A stretch of 63,651 bases of DNA, filler included, from Globobulimina sp. (Eukaryota), in assembly GCA_003354225.1 (NCBI GenBank). It is 25 parts of 25 records of this genome, joined end to end, with 100 filler letters (N's around TTAATTAATTAA, not from the genome) between each part and the next. Parts side by side here need not be neighbours in the genome. Positions count along the whole stretch, not along the records: positions 10,207 to 12,657 come from PIVH01006625.1; positions 12,758 to 15,208 come from PIVH01006626.1; positions 15,309 to 17,759 come from PIVH01006627.1; positions 17,860 to 20,310 come from PIVH01006628.1; positions 20,411 to 22,861 come from PIVH01006629.1; 20 more parts are not named here. The stretch is one strand, 5' to 3'. The notes below the pieces were generated by a model. The model was not told the DNA's origin. It saw nothing but the letters and a program-made list of their open reading frames with translations, and ran no database searches. The number at the start of each line of letters is the position of its first letter. Position 1 is the first letter of the stretch. Shown piece after piece: positions 11,951 to 22,961 of the stretch. The position numbers were made by a program, and so were the translations under genes.

Positions 11951-12463
11951 ATGGAACCGTTAAAACGGCAGAATACACCATTGATGTTTTATAAACAACA
12001 AACTACATATGATTATACAACGATTGTTCCTCCTAAATCTCCCTTCATGAGAACCACAATGTCATCAACACGCAAAAGTTCATCAGAGTCGTCCTCTGTA
12101 AATGCAGTCTCATATTTTAATAGCGTCGCGTATTCAGGTTTGTCAATGTCCATATTTTAGGATCAAATAACTATTTTACAATGATTAAAAGACTCTGTTG
12201 ATGAAACAACTGCGAAAGATTCACAAGATAACAAGACAGTTTCACCAAAAGTAGCGCAGATTAGAATTATTGATGAAAATCCATATAAAGATATGTTTCG
12301 ACAAAGTATTAATGGATGTAAGAAATGTAGTGGCAACGGGATAATTATCCCAAAGAATTCGAATCAACCTCAAATATGCCCCAAATGCCAAGGACATGGA
12401 TATGACAGTGACGAACCCATATTAGCGCCTATTAATGCTTGTGGCAGATGTTTGATTATGTGA
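11951..12463 (+). CDS. Small protein with two CxxCxGxG motifs and a C-terminal CaaX box, 2 exons
   Basis: Intron 12138-12191 removes two in-frame stops; exon 2 (absent from the ORF track) encodes CKKCSGNG...CPKCQGHG...CGRCLIM-stop. Confidence 0.72.
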
Positions 12464-12802
12464 ATTAAAACTATTTAATAATTAATAACAGCGACCAATG
12501 CACGAATTTTTGTTTTATTTTTTTTGTGTTCGGGGTTAAATTACATTTTTAAAAATTACATTTCCGCAACAAAACGTAAATAAAAAACGTATTCTAGGGT
12601 TTGTTATAACTTTGTCTTGGTTTGCAAATGCAAAACAAGTCAGATATATCGTTGTTGNNNNNNNNNNNNNNNNNNNNNNNNNNNNNNNNNNNNNNNNNNN
12701 NTTAATTAATTAANNNNNNNNNNNNNNNNNNNNNNNNNNNNNNNNNNNNNNNNNNNNGGCTTTCTCATAGTTATGAAAACAAACGTTTTTATGTTAGTTA
12801 TA

Positions 12803-13966
12803 TCATGACGTTGCCATCATAATTTTTTTCCCGTTGCATGTTTGGTAAATGACATCTTTTCCATAATGATCGTTAAATATTTTGGCTAAATCACATTGCT
12901 TTGGGATTGCGACCGGCAAACACATAATATCCAAATACAACAAGTCGCAAATTTGTTCGATTTGTTTATCTGTCAAATCATTTTCATGCAGCACATATTT
13001 CTTATAATCCACATTGTATGTATCGTTGAGTAGCAATGGATCAATTCCTCGCTTGTCTATCTTGACAGCATTATGTGAATGATAACCTGCAGACCGTCTA
13101 TTCCTTTGCCATGAATATGCATTGTCAAATATTGTTTGATTAACTTGATCGCCATAAAAATGTTTCAATATTTTATATAAATCGTGTTTAGAACTTTTTG
13201 TGTATCCAATATAATCAAAATCAACTATTTGACGGTAATGATTTAACAAAAAAACAAATTGAGGCAATAAATGTGGATTAATATAGTTTGTTGTATTAAG
13301 TATATTATTTAGCCATAAATGCAATGTCTCAGCCATAGATAAATTGTAATAATTGCTGTATCCAAACAGTTTCACCATATCGTCTCTTCGATGAGCTTCG
13401 AAAAATCCAGATAAAAATCTGTCAATCAAATTGAAGCGAATAGAAGAAAATATGAACGGTTTATTACTATTTCCAAAGTGTCTCAATTCCGAATAAAAAT
13501 GACAGGAATATTTACATTTTGTAATGTTCAAAATATTGCAAAGCTTTTTCAAAGACATCCATGTCGATGTTCCACCGCTCTTGAAAACATGTTTAAATAC
13601 GAACAAATCTGATATGAATCCAGTGTGGATATCTTTAGATCGTATAAACTGTTGTAATTGTTGATATTTGTGGTTATTACAGATAGCACAGCGTTTGATA
13701 TAGTGAATGATGCTGTTATTGGATATCATCGATGGATTTTGTTGATTGCAAATTAATGGTTGTTTAGATAATTGAACTAAATTTGTCAAAGTGATAGAAA
13801 TATTGCCTGTCGATGTATTCTTCATTAATATTTCGATATCCTCAAACGACAGCAACGTATCGATGGGATATATAGACATTTCATCATATAATTCATATTG
13901 GAAGATGTATATTGCTGTGAATGTCATCGCCAACATAAACTGGAACAAAATGCAGCACAAAATCAT
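12803..13966 (-). CDS. Golgi-type carbohydrate sulfotransferase (Sulfotransfer_2-like)
   Basis: N-terminal signal anchor; 5'-PSB FKHVFKSGGTS; 3'-PB R.....RFLSGF; HLLPQ; FDYIG. Confidence 0.8.
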   Translation of the reverse strand: MILCCILFQFMLAMTFTAIYIFQYELYDEMSIYPIDTLLSFEDIEILMKNTSTGNISITLTNLVQLSKQPLICNQQNPSMISNNSIIHYIKRCAICNNHKYQQLQQFIRSKDIHTGFISDLFVFKHVFKSGGTSTWMSLKKLCNILNITKCKYSCHFYSELRHFGNSNKPFIFSSIRFNLIDRFLSGFFEAHRRDDMVKLFGYSNYYNLSMAETLHLWLNNILNTTNYINPHLLPQFVFLLNHYRQIVDFDYIGYTKSSKHDLYKILKHFYGDQVNQTIFDNAYSWQRNRRSAGYHSHNAVKIDKRGIDPLLLNDTYNVDYKKYVLHENDLTDKQIEQICDLLYLDIMCLPVAIPKQCDLAKIFNDHYGKDVIYQTCNGKKIMMATS

Positions 13967-14325
13967 TTGCAAATAAATACTTTATTAAAAGTACAAAAAC
14001 AAAGTGTCTGTGTTGGATAATATAGAGCTGAATGTATATACCGTTTTGATTACATTATCTATGATGATGTTGGGAAACGAACCAAACATCAGTCCTAATC
14101 CTACATTTTATATCCAATTTGAGCAAATCATTTAAATGTAATCAATACGTTAAAGATACGTGTACAGCTTTACATTTTCAAAGAGTCGATATTAAAAGAT
14201 ATAGCATACTTCATTGTTGATTTTTGTTTCAGTTTAAGTGAGCTCATTTGTTATATATGTTATCAGATAAATTTGTAAAAAGTTTTCTAAAAACTGCACC
14301 AAATAATTACTGAATACAAAACATT

Positions 14326-15159
14326 ATGCCGTCAATTCAGAAGTTAGAATTATGTTGGCAAGAATGCTTTGTATTATTAAAAGTAGCGCAATTTTTGGAT
14401 GGTGAAAACATATATTTATTGCAATCCTCCATTGCAGAACGTTCATCTCATTCTGGCAACTCATTAGATCGCATGTTTGATGATGTTGTCAAACAATTAG
14501 TATCGCGGAGATTGGCTGAATTTGACAAAAAGAAAAACGCAAAATTATTTGAAATGGCAATACATTTTATTAAACAAACAAACCACGCCCAATACATTCA
14601 AAAACGGAATAATGTCTATTGGATCTATGACATGGTTGGAGCCAAAGAACCGTCATTAAATCTGATTGATTCTTTAGTATACAAAGATATGCGAAGCACT
14701 GATTGGCATCGTGATGATCATCGGACATTTGTAACTAAAGAAATATTTGTCAGCGGCAATTTATTTTTGATTATTAACATATTAAAATTTATTAAAATTA
14801 ACAATTATTCATTAACAAATTCCCGGTCAGGTTCAGTCAATCAAATTGATAAAATCTTATTAAAATTAATTTTTTTATTTGGAAAATCATTAAAAGCATC
14901 GTTACCAAAATGTGCTCAATCAGAATTTATTAAATACAATATACAAAGTTTTTAGAATTTATTAAATCCATATATTCGACATAAACATTTTCTGCACAAA
15001 TTACTAAATCGAGAAATCCATCGTGGTCATATTGAATGTGTTGCAATGTTGAGAACAAAATGTAAGGCTCTGATGATAGTTAATTCCGATCCAAACATTC
15101 CGAAATGCGCAGTATTGTATGACCATATGGTCGTTGATGGTGTTACGCTTTCATTTTGA
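14326..15159 (+). CDS. Hypothetical protein with an internal in-frame TAG (possible pseudogene)
   Basis: 209-codon ORF; the same frame stays open after TAG 14953-14955 until TGA 15157-15159. No family recognised. Confidence 0.4.
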
Positions 15160-15308
15160 TATAAGACTGGTATTATGTTTGAAAGCCTGTTACAATGTGG
15201 ATGGAATTNNNNNNNNNNNNNNNNNNNNNNNNNNNNNNNNNNNNNNNNNNNNTTAATTAATTAANNNNNNNNNNNNNNNNNNNNNNNNNNNNNNNNNNNN
15301 NNNNNNNN

Positions 15309-15935
15309 AATTATAATCAGTATGCCTCAATAAATCCTTGCGCTAACGTACCATTGCAGTCACAACACACATCTGATAATTTCAATAATTATGATCCTGA
15401 ACTAACTTCAATTCCATATTGCTATCGAAATTCACCAATATTCCAAGAGCAAAAAACATCAAATATAGCGTATAAATATAATTACCATCAGAAGCCTGTC
15501 TATCCCGTAAATCGACCATCACAAAGAATGCAAAAGACTGTAAATATAAAGTCTCAGAATAAACGGAAAAAAAAGAAAAAAAGAGGAAAGAAAGAGAAAA
15601 TTGATATAAATGACCAACAAACATTGGATTCATTGGGTGTTTCAAATGAATTAATGAATTTTTTCTATAATGGAGAAATCAGAAGGAATAGATTACGGAT
15701 TGAAAAAAAGGAAAAAGAAAAAGCCGAAATTGAAGCAATACCAACCATAAAACAACAACAAATCAATGAATCAAAACGAAGAAATAAATTATATGGAAAA
15801 GAGAATAATTATAAACTGAGGCAAAAGGAAACTGAAATGGATGCTGATTTTATGAAAACATTGAATGATATAAATATTAATGCAGCAAATAATGAAAAAA
15901 TTGTCACTTGGCCTGCTACTCCGCTTTCATATTAA
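15309..15935 (+). CDS. Gemin8-like protein (SMN complex), 5'-truncated
   Basis: VSNELMNFF...RRNRLR, LYG..NYKLRQKETEMDADF and terminal WPATPL resemble the Gemin8 C-terminal region; frame open from the contig start. Confidence 0.6.
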   Translation, partial: NYNQYASINPCANVPLQSQHTSDNFNNYDPELTSIPYCYRNSPIFQEQKTSNIAYKYNYHQKPVYPVNRPSQRMQKTVNIKSQNKRKKKKKRGKKEKIDINDQQTLDSLGVSNELMNFFYNGEIRRNRLRIEKKEKEKAEIEAIPTIKQQQINESKRRNKLYGKENNYKLRQKETEMDADFMKTLNDININAANNEKIVTWPATPLSY

Positions 15936-16107
15936 ACACTGAGCAATAACAACAATTCAAATATATTCTCCCATGAATTCATGTCATACGTCAGCTTGCA
16001 TTTAACACACATTCCATTTAAAGCTATTTGAGTTTACTTAATTATAATTAACGATTGGATAATCCAAAATTCACCTAACTTAATCCCATTAACACTACAA
16101 GCACAAG

Positions 16108-16167
16108 CACTGCAGACACAACCACTGCAGACACAACCACTGCAGACACAACCACTGCAGACACAAC
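16108..16167. repeat. Perfect minisatellite, CACTGCAGACACAAC x4
   Basis: Four exact 15-bp units read directly. Confidence 0.95.
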
Positions 16168-16545
16168 TGTTGAGCTAATTTTCATTGTGGTGATCGGACT
16201 TCAACTTTTGCACTTGATCGCTAACCACAACGAAATTATGCCAATATAGTTGTAATTACAGTGATCAACATGCACAACGACTCAGGCAGCACCTGCAGTG
16301 TCTTTAATCAGCTACAATTGCAAATAATATGAAGATCCCATGCATTAATTCTCCGCCAATTCGCTATTTTTGTCGCCGTAAACTTTTCAGTTTTCACTTA
16401 GTTTTGAGTAAAGCAGGTTTTTTCAATCATCCACATCAACAATCATTGCAACAGTTGTGGTAGACATCAATCATCAAATCATTCACTACCAAAATACACA
16501 CATCAATTAAAGCAAGAATACTATAGAGAACAAGCTATAACCACA

Positions 16546-17713
16546 ATGAGTTGGTATTACGTGGATCCAGCCGGAGCAACCAAGGGTCCCTTATCAGTCG
16601 CACAACTAAAGCCATTGTACGGCACTTCACTCAAAGACGCCACATACATTTGGAATGGAACCACCGTGGCTCAATGGACTGCGTTGGGCAAAGTCCCCGC
16701 CCTTTTAAAACAAATAAAACCACAGCCAAAAGCACCCACAAAAGTGCCAGGCGCGCCTGGGGCCAGAAGAAGAAGAAGACGCCGGCGCAGAAGGAAGAAT
16801 CCCATGATGGGCGGAGGTATAATCTATAATAATAATACGCAAATTCGCACGCATCCACACATCTACACACATACCAGGCGGCAGAGCGGGACTTTTGAGT
16901 GCTATCCGAAGAGGCAAAACCCTCCAATCCACCCCAGCTCCCAAAGAGAAGATCGTGTCTGGCGGAGGCGGGGGAGGAGGAGGCGGCGGTGGAGGAGGTG
17001 GAGGAGGACAGATGAGTTTAATGGCACAAATGAAAGCAGCACAGAACAAAAGAAAAGGAAAACGTCGAGGCGGCAGCAGGAAAGGTCTGTATTTACGTAA
17101 CTCTTCCAAGCTATATATGTATATGTAATTGTTGCGATATTGCGACTTTTGTTGGTTAGGGATATCCATTTTGAACATAAATAAGACACAAAGTGATAAA
17201 CCGAGTGCAAATAAGATAGAATCAAACGTTTCAAACACGACACAACCAACAAAAAGAGCAAATTTATTGGCGCAAATCAGAAAGGTGGACGTTTCACACA
17301 TTTTACATACACACAATGATACTTCAGGCGGTGTCAAGAAAAGCAGTTTTACGGCGAGCAGTGCAGCGCAGCCTGCCTGGAAAAAGAAGCAAAATGTAGA
17401 GCCCGCATGGAAGAAGAAACAGAATGCAAATTCGAGTTCGCCGCCCAAGAAATCATGGAAAGAGAAGCAAGCCGAAAAAAAAAGGCTTGAAGCTGCTGCC
17501 AAAGCGAATAAAGCCAATGCCTCCTCTCATCATCAGGTATGACTCTATTTGTTGTTATATGTATTTGTTGTGAATAAAATGTGTGTTTTGCGGTTACAGA
17601 GTGCGCCGAGTGGTGGTCATGGACAATTGGGAGCGCGTTTAGATAGAATTGTAGATCAATTAAAAAATGCAGAAGAATGGCAATTGAAAGGCATTGAAAA
17701 CTTATTGGAATGA
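16546..17713 (+). CDS. GYF_2 (DUF4339) domain plus WH2-like motifs, multi-exon
   Basis: WYYVD...GPLS...L...TYIW...W (GYF_2); intron 16817-16877 gives RAGLLSAIRRGKTL; second motif RANLLAQIRK; intron from 17085 (acceptor uncertain) and 17537-17599; stop 17711-17713. Confidence 0.75.
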
Positions 17714-18236
17714 TTTCTAATCTCTACCATAAATACAAAGTGGAATGCATTGTTTCTGTNNNNNNNNNNNNNNNNNNNNNNNNNNNNNNNNNNNNNNNNN
17801 NNNTTAATTAATTAANNNNNNNNNNNNNNNNNNNNNNNNNNNNNNNNNNNNNNNNNNNNACTTCAGACTGTCACAAAACCATTCAACTTACAAACAACCA
17901 ATAAAATAAACAAAAAATAATCAAAACAAGAGACGAAATCGGAAAAATGCAAATTATTTCAACCATATACAACATTGGCAAAACAAAGAGATTTGGTTTG
18001 GAAAATATTGCAACAACAATGTGAGGATAATACTGAGACAAATACTATATGCAATGACACCAAATCTATTGACTCTTTATTATTGACTGATGACTTGCAG
18101 TCGATACCAGATTTAGATTCAGGATCACCCCTTGTTTGAGAAAATATAATATGTCTACAAATTGTCGGATGAATGTAGTGTGTCAGTAAACAATTAAATA
18201 ATAATGAGAATGAACCAAATTCCTAAAATTATAAAC

Positions 18237-20176
18237 TCACAGTTTTTTTGTAAAAAACCTATTTTTACATTTTCTATCCTTAACATCCTGAGCACGCCTC
18301 CACATTTCTTGTAAGCATTTCGCAGTCACCATGGCATCAACCAACGCTCCATGGGAATGTTTTCTTGCATCTGTTCCAATTCCAAATTTAAGACACATTC
18401 CATCCAAACTATAATTTGATACATTACCCAGTACAGTTCGATAATAAATGAGTGTATCAAAGGTAGATTCAATCTCAATATTTTGCCATATTTTATGCTC
18501 TACGTTGGCTTGACAATAATTCATTGCACCATTTAACTGTCTTACATCAAACACAACATTATGTCCAATTAATTTCACTTTATGTTTCCTATCCAACTGA
18601 TTTGTTTGCAAATTCTTGCATTGACTACAAATGCAATCTGAACCTATCCACTCCATAAAAGCTTGTATAATTTCATATATATCGCCATCCGCATATTTCT
18701 CTAAAAATCTCTCCGTAATCCCATGCACTTTCATAGCTCCGTCGTGTATTTTGGCCCACGGTTTTATATAACTTTGGAACTTCCTTCCCGTTAATTTGCC
18801 ATTTATTAATTCGACCGCACCAATCTCGATAATAACACCTTGAGATTGCGAGTTTCGTTCAAATATCAAAAACGTTTTTCAACTGAATATAAAACTTAGT
18901 ACCTTCTGGTTTAAAACATGCAGTTTCTGTGTCAAACACAATGATGCGATGTTTATATTGGTCAGGTAATGATAAATGTGCTTTCCTTCGCATTTCCTTT
19001 GGATTTGAATATAATTTCTCTTGCATTGCTAGCGATAATTTGTTCTTATTTTGATGGAGTTTCTCTTTCTTCATTTTCTCCGCAAACGTGGCCTCTAATT
19101 CTGCGTCGACGTCAATATCACTATTCATTCCAGTGTGGTTATTATTGGTTTCTTGTGTTTGAATCATTAAATCTATTTTGTTTTCATTCCGTTTCATATC
19201 ATATAACGAATTATTCCGTGAGAATTTCTCAAACCTATTCATATTATTACAGTTCTCGCCAGTTACAAATGTTGCTAATTTACGTTTTTTTGGTGGCGGT
19301 GAGTCACGAATTTCACCATTACCATTTACATCGTCATTAATATCATCATCACTGTTTACAATTTCTTTACGTTTTCGTTTCTTACTTTTTGGTGAATTAA
19401 ATTGTAAAATATCAATATCCAAACTATCATTGTCTTGTGATATTTGTTGTGTTGCTGTTGCATTGTCCAAATCAGTCATAATATCCAATATATCATCATC
19501 GCCTTCATCATCCACGATTGTTTCGGTTTGTTTTTGTTGGCATTCGGGTTTATTTTCTCGTTTTTGTAACTTATCACTTAATACATTGGATAATAATGTA
19601 TTTAATGCATTGCTACTTATTTTAGCACAGCCAATATGGCCTGTAAATACATGTATATTTATATAAGTTTATAGTGTATATTTGTATGATACCTCTTGCA
19701 GAGAAATATTCATTTTTTTGTAACGGTATTACATCGGAAATAACCCAATGTGAGTTTACTCGAAATGGTTGATCACAGTATAATGCATCATGAGTTTTAC
19801 CGATTGCAGATGTAACACAAGATGATATTTTTATAAATGCAATGATATGACCCATTTGAGGTTTCAATTCATTATCAATTAAACTAGAAATTTTTTGTGT
19901 ATCCGTTAGCTTCAAAGGTGTTCCCCAAAGTTGAGTTAATGCGCTTTGTTTTGTTGAATTTGTTGATTTTTCAAGTAATTGCTGATGATTTTTTAGATAT
20001 TTGTGAGCGTATTTGTCTTCCTGTCGTTTGAATGTCTTTGAAACATGTAATGCAACCCATGTATTTATATATTGTTCGCTAAGTTGTTGCTTTCGATTTT
20101 CAATTTTTTTAAATCCATTTTGAATTAAGAATCCCCACGGATTACGAACGGATATCATCGGGAAAACTGATTGCAT
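18237..20176 (-). CDS. ASCH domain - acidic/basic linker - DnaQ-like DEDDh 3'-5' exonuclease fusion, 607 aa, 3 exons
   Basis: Exons 20176-19693, 19640-18903, 18838-18237; phase-1 GT-AG introns 19641-19692 and 18839-18902. ASCH: SVRNPW..LI..G.K.IENR ... ARG|HIG. Exo I FDTET, Exo II GHNVVFD, Exo III HGALVDA. Confidence 0.88.
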
Positions 20177-20410
20177 GCTTGCTATGCTAGGAGACAGAGT
20201 ACAAAAAAACTTTGAAGATAATCCGCATTAATCTCAGCGTGCTAGTAAACACAAACGATGTGTGCTATTGTGATGGTGCTACATTTTAAAAGATGGATAA
20301 GTTCGTTTCANNNNNNNNNNNNNNNNNNNNNNNNNNNNNNNNNNNNNNNNNNNNTTAATTAATTAANNNNNNNNNNNNNNNNNNNNNNNNNNNNNNNNNN
20401 NNNNNNNNNN

Positions 20411-21399
20411 TTATTCTTCTCCGCTGCTAATTTTTTGCGTAAATCTTCCAATTCGAACTGTAATTCTTCGTCTTCATCTGATTTCATCTTATTCTCTGTC
20501 AATAATTCTTTATATTTCTTTCGTGCCTCTTCAATCACATTCATTTTTTGTGTAATTTCTTGTTTTTGTGTCTTAATCGCCGCTCTTTCCTTTGCTTCAA
20601 AGTCATTCTTTAAAACATCAATTTTTCGCCGTTCTTCATCGATAATATCATTCAATGCTTCCTGTTCTAGCAATAATTTATCTTTTTCCTCGTCGTACAT
20701 TAATCTCATATTAACACTCTCAATTTTCCCCGCTGCTAATTCTTTGCGTAAATCTTCGTTTTCATTGCTGATTTCAATGATTTTATCACATTTCAGGTTA
20801 TTCTCTGTCTGTAATTTAATATTTTCTTGTTCTAAATTTTTAATTTTTACATTCAATGTAAATGTCGGATTATTTGTTGTTGCACATTTTAAAATATGTT
20901 TATTTATTAAATCAGTTAATTTTCCTTTCCATTGACAGTAATTTGATTTAAATGGTTGATTGCCTTCTTTTTCATCATTAATATTAATATTATTCTCACC
21001 AACTGTATCCATTATTTGTTGATTATTATTTTGTTGCATAATATTTCTCATTTTATATTGTTGGGAATAGGGACAAATAACAATTAATTTTAATATTTGT
21101 CTTCTTATTGCTTTGATTGCAGTTATTTGTGGATTAATATGTGAATTAATAATACATTTATTCTCATTCTGTTCAATTAAATGAATTAAACATTGTTTGC
21201 AATATAAAAATATATCTTCATCTTCTTTATGATCACAATCTAATTCGACTGCATCACAACATACAAAACCGCAACTTGCACATAAAAAAACTGACATTTT
21301 ATTTGCATCATTAAATAATGTCACATTCCATCCTTTATTATCGACTTTTAATAATGACAATAATTCTCTTTCCAGTAATGTCTCTGCTTGAGCTGCCAT
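20411..21399 (-). CDS. TRAF-like RING/zinc finger plus coiled-coil protein, 3'-truncated
   Basis: CASC...DAVELDC.H...YCKQCL...C...H; ICP...CQWKG.L..HI..C; coiled coil with internal repeat EDLRK.LAA.K. Confidence 0.75.
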
Positions 21400-21621
21400 T
21401 CAATGTTCCTATCAAGATTCTAACAAATGTGTACTGTAAAGGTAGTTGAAGCAAAAGTTTTTTTTTTGAATAAATTACATTTCCGTCATTTTCTGAGCGG
21501 TGTTAATATGTCTTCATTATGGATAGTATTCATTCTTTATGTTACAGTGTATTGATTGAACTGTATTTGACATGTATTGCAATTTATTGTTTGATGTCAT
21601 CTATAAAAAAAACAATTAATT

Positions 21622-22393
21622 TTAAGATAAACCAGTTTCATTTCTTGTTCTGTTCAATATCATTACGTTGAATTTCAATTCATTGCCGATGGCAAAGTGT
21701 TTAACCGGGATAATTTCATAGGTTCCATTATTAGCTCCATTCTGTCGTTTATTATTTGCTTCTGTCCATTTTGTATGTTTTAATCGATCAAATTCTTTGA
21801 TATGCGATTCGATGCTAAATTTCATATCTTTTCCATAATTACAATCATTTATACTTTTAAAATGAGAGTTGATTGCATTTAATTTAACTAATAAATCTCT
21901 AAACTTCCTCCTTAATAATTTAATATCTCTCATTGCTTGTTGTGGTTCAATGTATTTTGATTTATTAATTAATATTTCCATATCAAACACATATTTTTCA
22001 ATTATTCGATGCTTGTTTTTTAAAACAATGACGAATTTATTTAATAAACCACTGATTATAAATTCATACACTCCGTCCATTAATGCTTTTGCAATGTAGT
22101 TATTTAACTGTGGATGACGCGATTGGCGAACTGTAATCTCATACTTTTTCACACATTTAAATAATTGAGAGGGATAGACATTGCGTTGATATCTTGAAAC
22201 CAATCAAACATCACAAAAGTACGCTAATTTACGGAATCAGTAATTGTTAGAATGCATATAATGCACATACAAGATTACATGCACTGCCACTTCAAAGAAC
22301 TCAATAAGTTCTGCAGCAATATCTGTGTCATATCATACTGTGTCAAATCGCTGAACGTAAATAGAACAAACTATCGTAAAGTGTTGGTTCCAT
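21622..22393 (-). CDS. MAD2L2: REV7/MAD2L2 HORMA protein, 3 exons
   Basis: ATG 22393; introns 22323-22371 and 22193-22270 give EFFEVAVHVIL|YQRNVYP...SRHPQLNNYI...EKYVF. Confidence 0.9.
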
Positions 22394-22482
22394 TGTTCAA
22401 ATAATGGTTGGTTTTAGTACGAGAAGCATATACAAAATAAAATATTACAACAACAAGTGTTTCTCAGTCAATTGGGAGCATA

Positions 22483-22861
22483 TTACTTTTGTTTGTGAAC
22501 CATAATATCTTTGGCATGCATTCCAGTGAAAAATGGCTTTGGTGGCAAATTATGTTTGTGTTTTTTTGCCGTCCAATAAGTTTTACATTTTAGTGCATTG
22601 GGTAATAGTTCAACAATACCCATAATCAAATAATCGCGCAATCCCAAATATCTTGGTCCCGAAGTACCATTTGTTTCTCTGTAGCCATTCTTTCTCGATT
22701 GATAGCCATTTTTTTTTGCTTTTCTTGATATTTTATCAATAATAATTTGCCATGGCTGAGTTGCTGCGGAATGGCGCATTTTCTTTTTTTTGTCATCCTG
22801 GGCATAAACTTCGTAAATTGGTCCCTTCATTCCATTATTACAGATTTTCATAAAATATTTG
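22483..22861 (-). CDS. FYRN/FYRC-domain chromatin protein, 3' end only
   Basis: GPIYEV...PWQIIIDKI...SGPRYLGL...IVELLPNALKCKTY matches FYRC; open to the contig edge. Confidence 0.75.
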
Positions 22862-22961
22862 NNNNNNNNNNNNNNNNNNNNNNNNNNNNNNNNNNNNNNN
22901 NNNNNTTAATTAATTAANNNNNNNNNNNNNNNNNNNNNNNNNNNNNNNNNNNNNNNNNNNN

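Noticed and set aside
16705-17517. 270-aa minus-strand ORF with poly-Pro, formin-like at first sight
   Set aside because: Antisense of the poly-Gly GYF-WH2 gene, whose splice sites and motifs are on the plus strand.
18237-18869. Bacterial contaminant dnaQ
   Set aside because: The ExoI region is split by a spliceosomal intron and the gene has NLS-like motifs and host-like composition.
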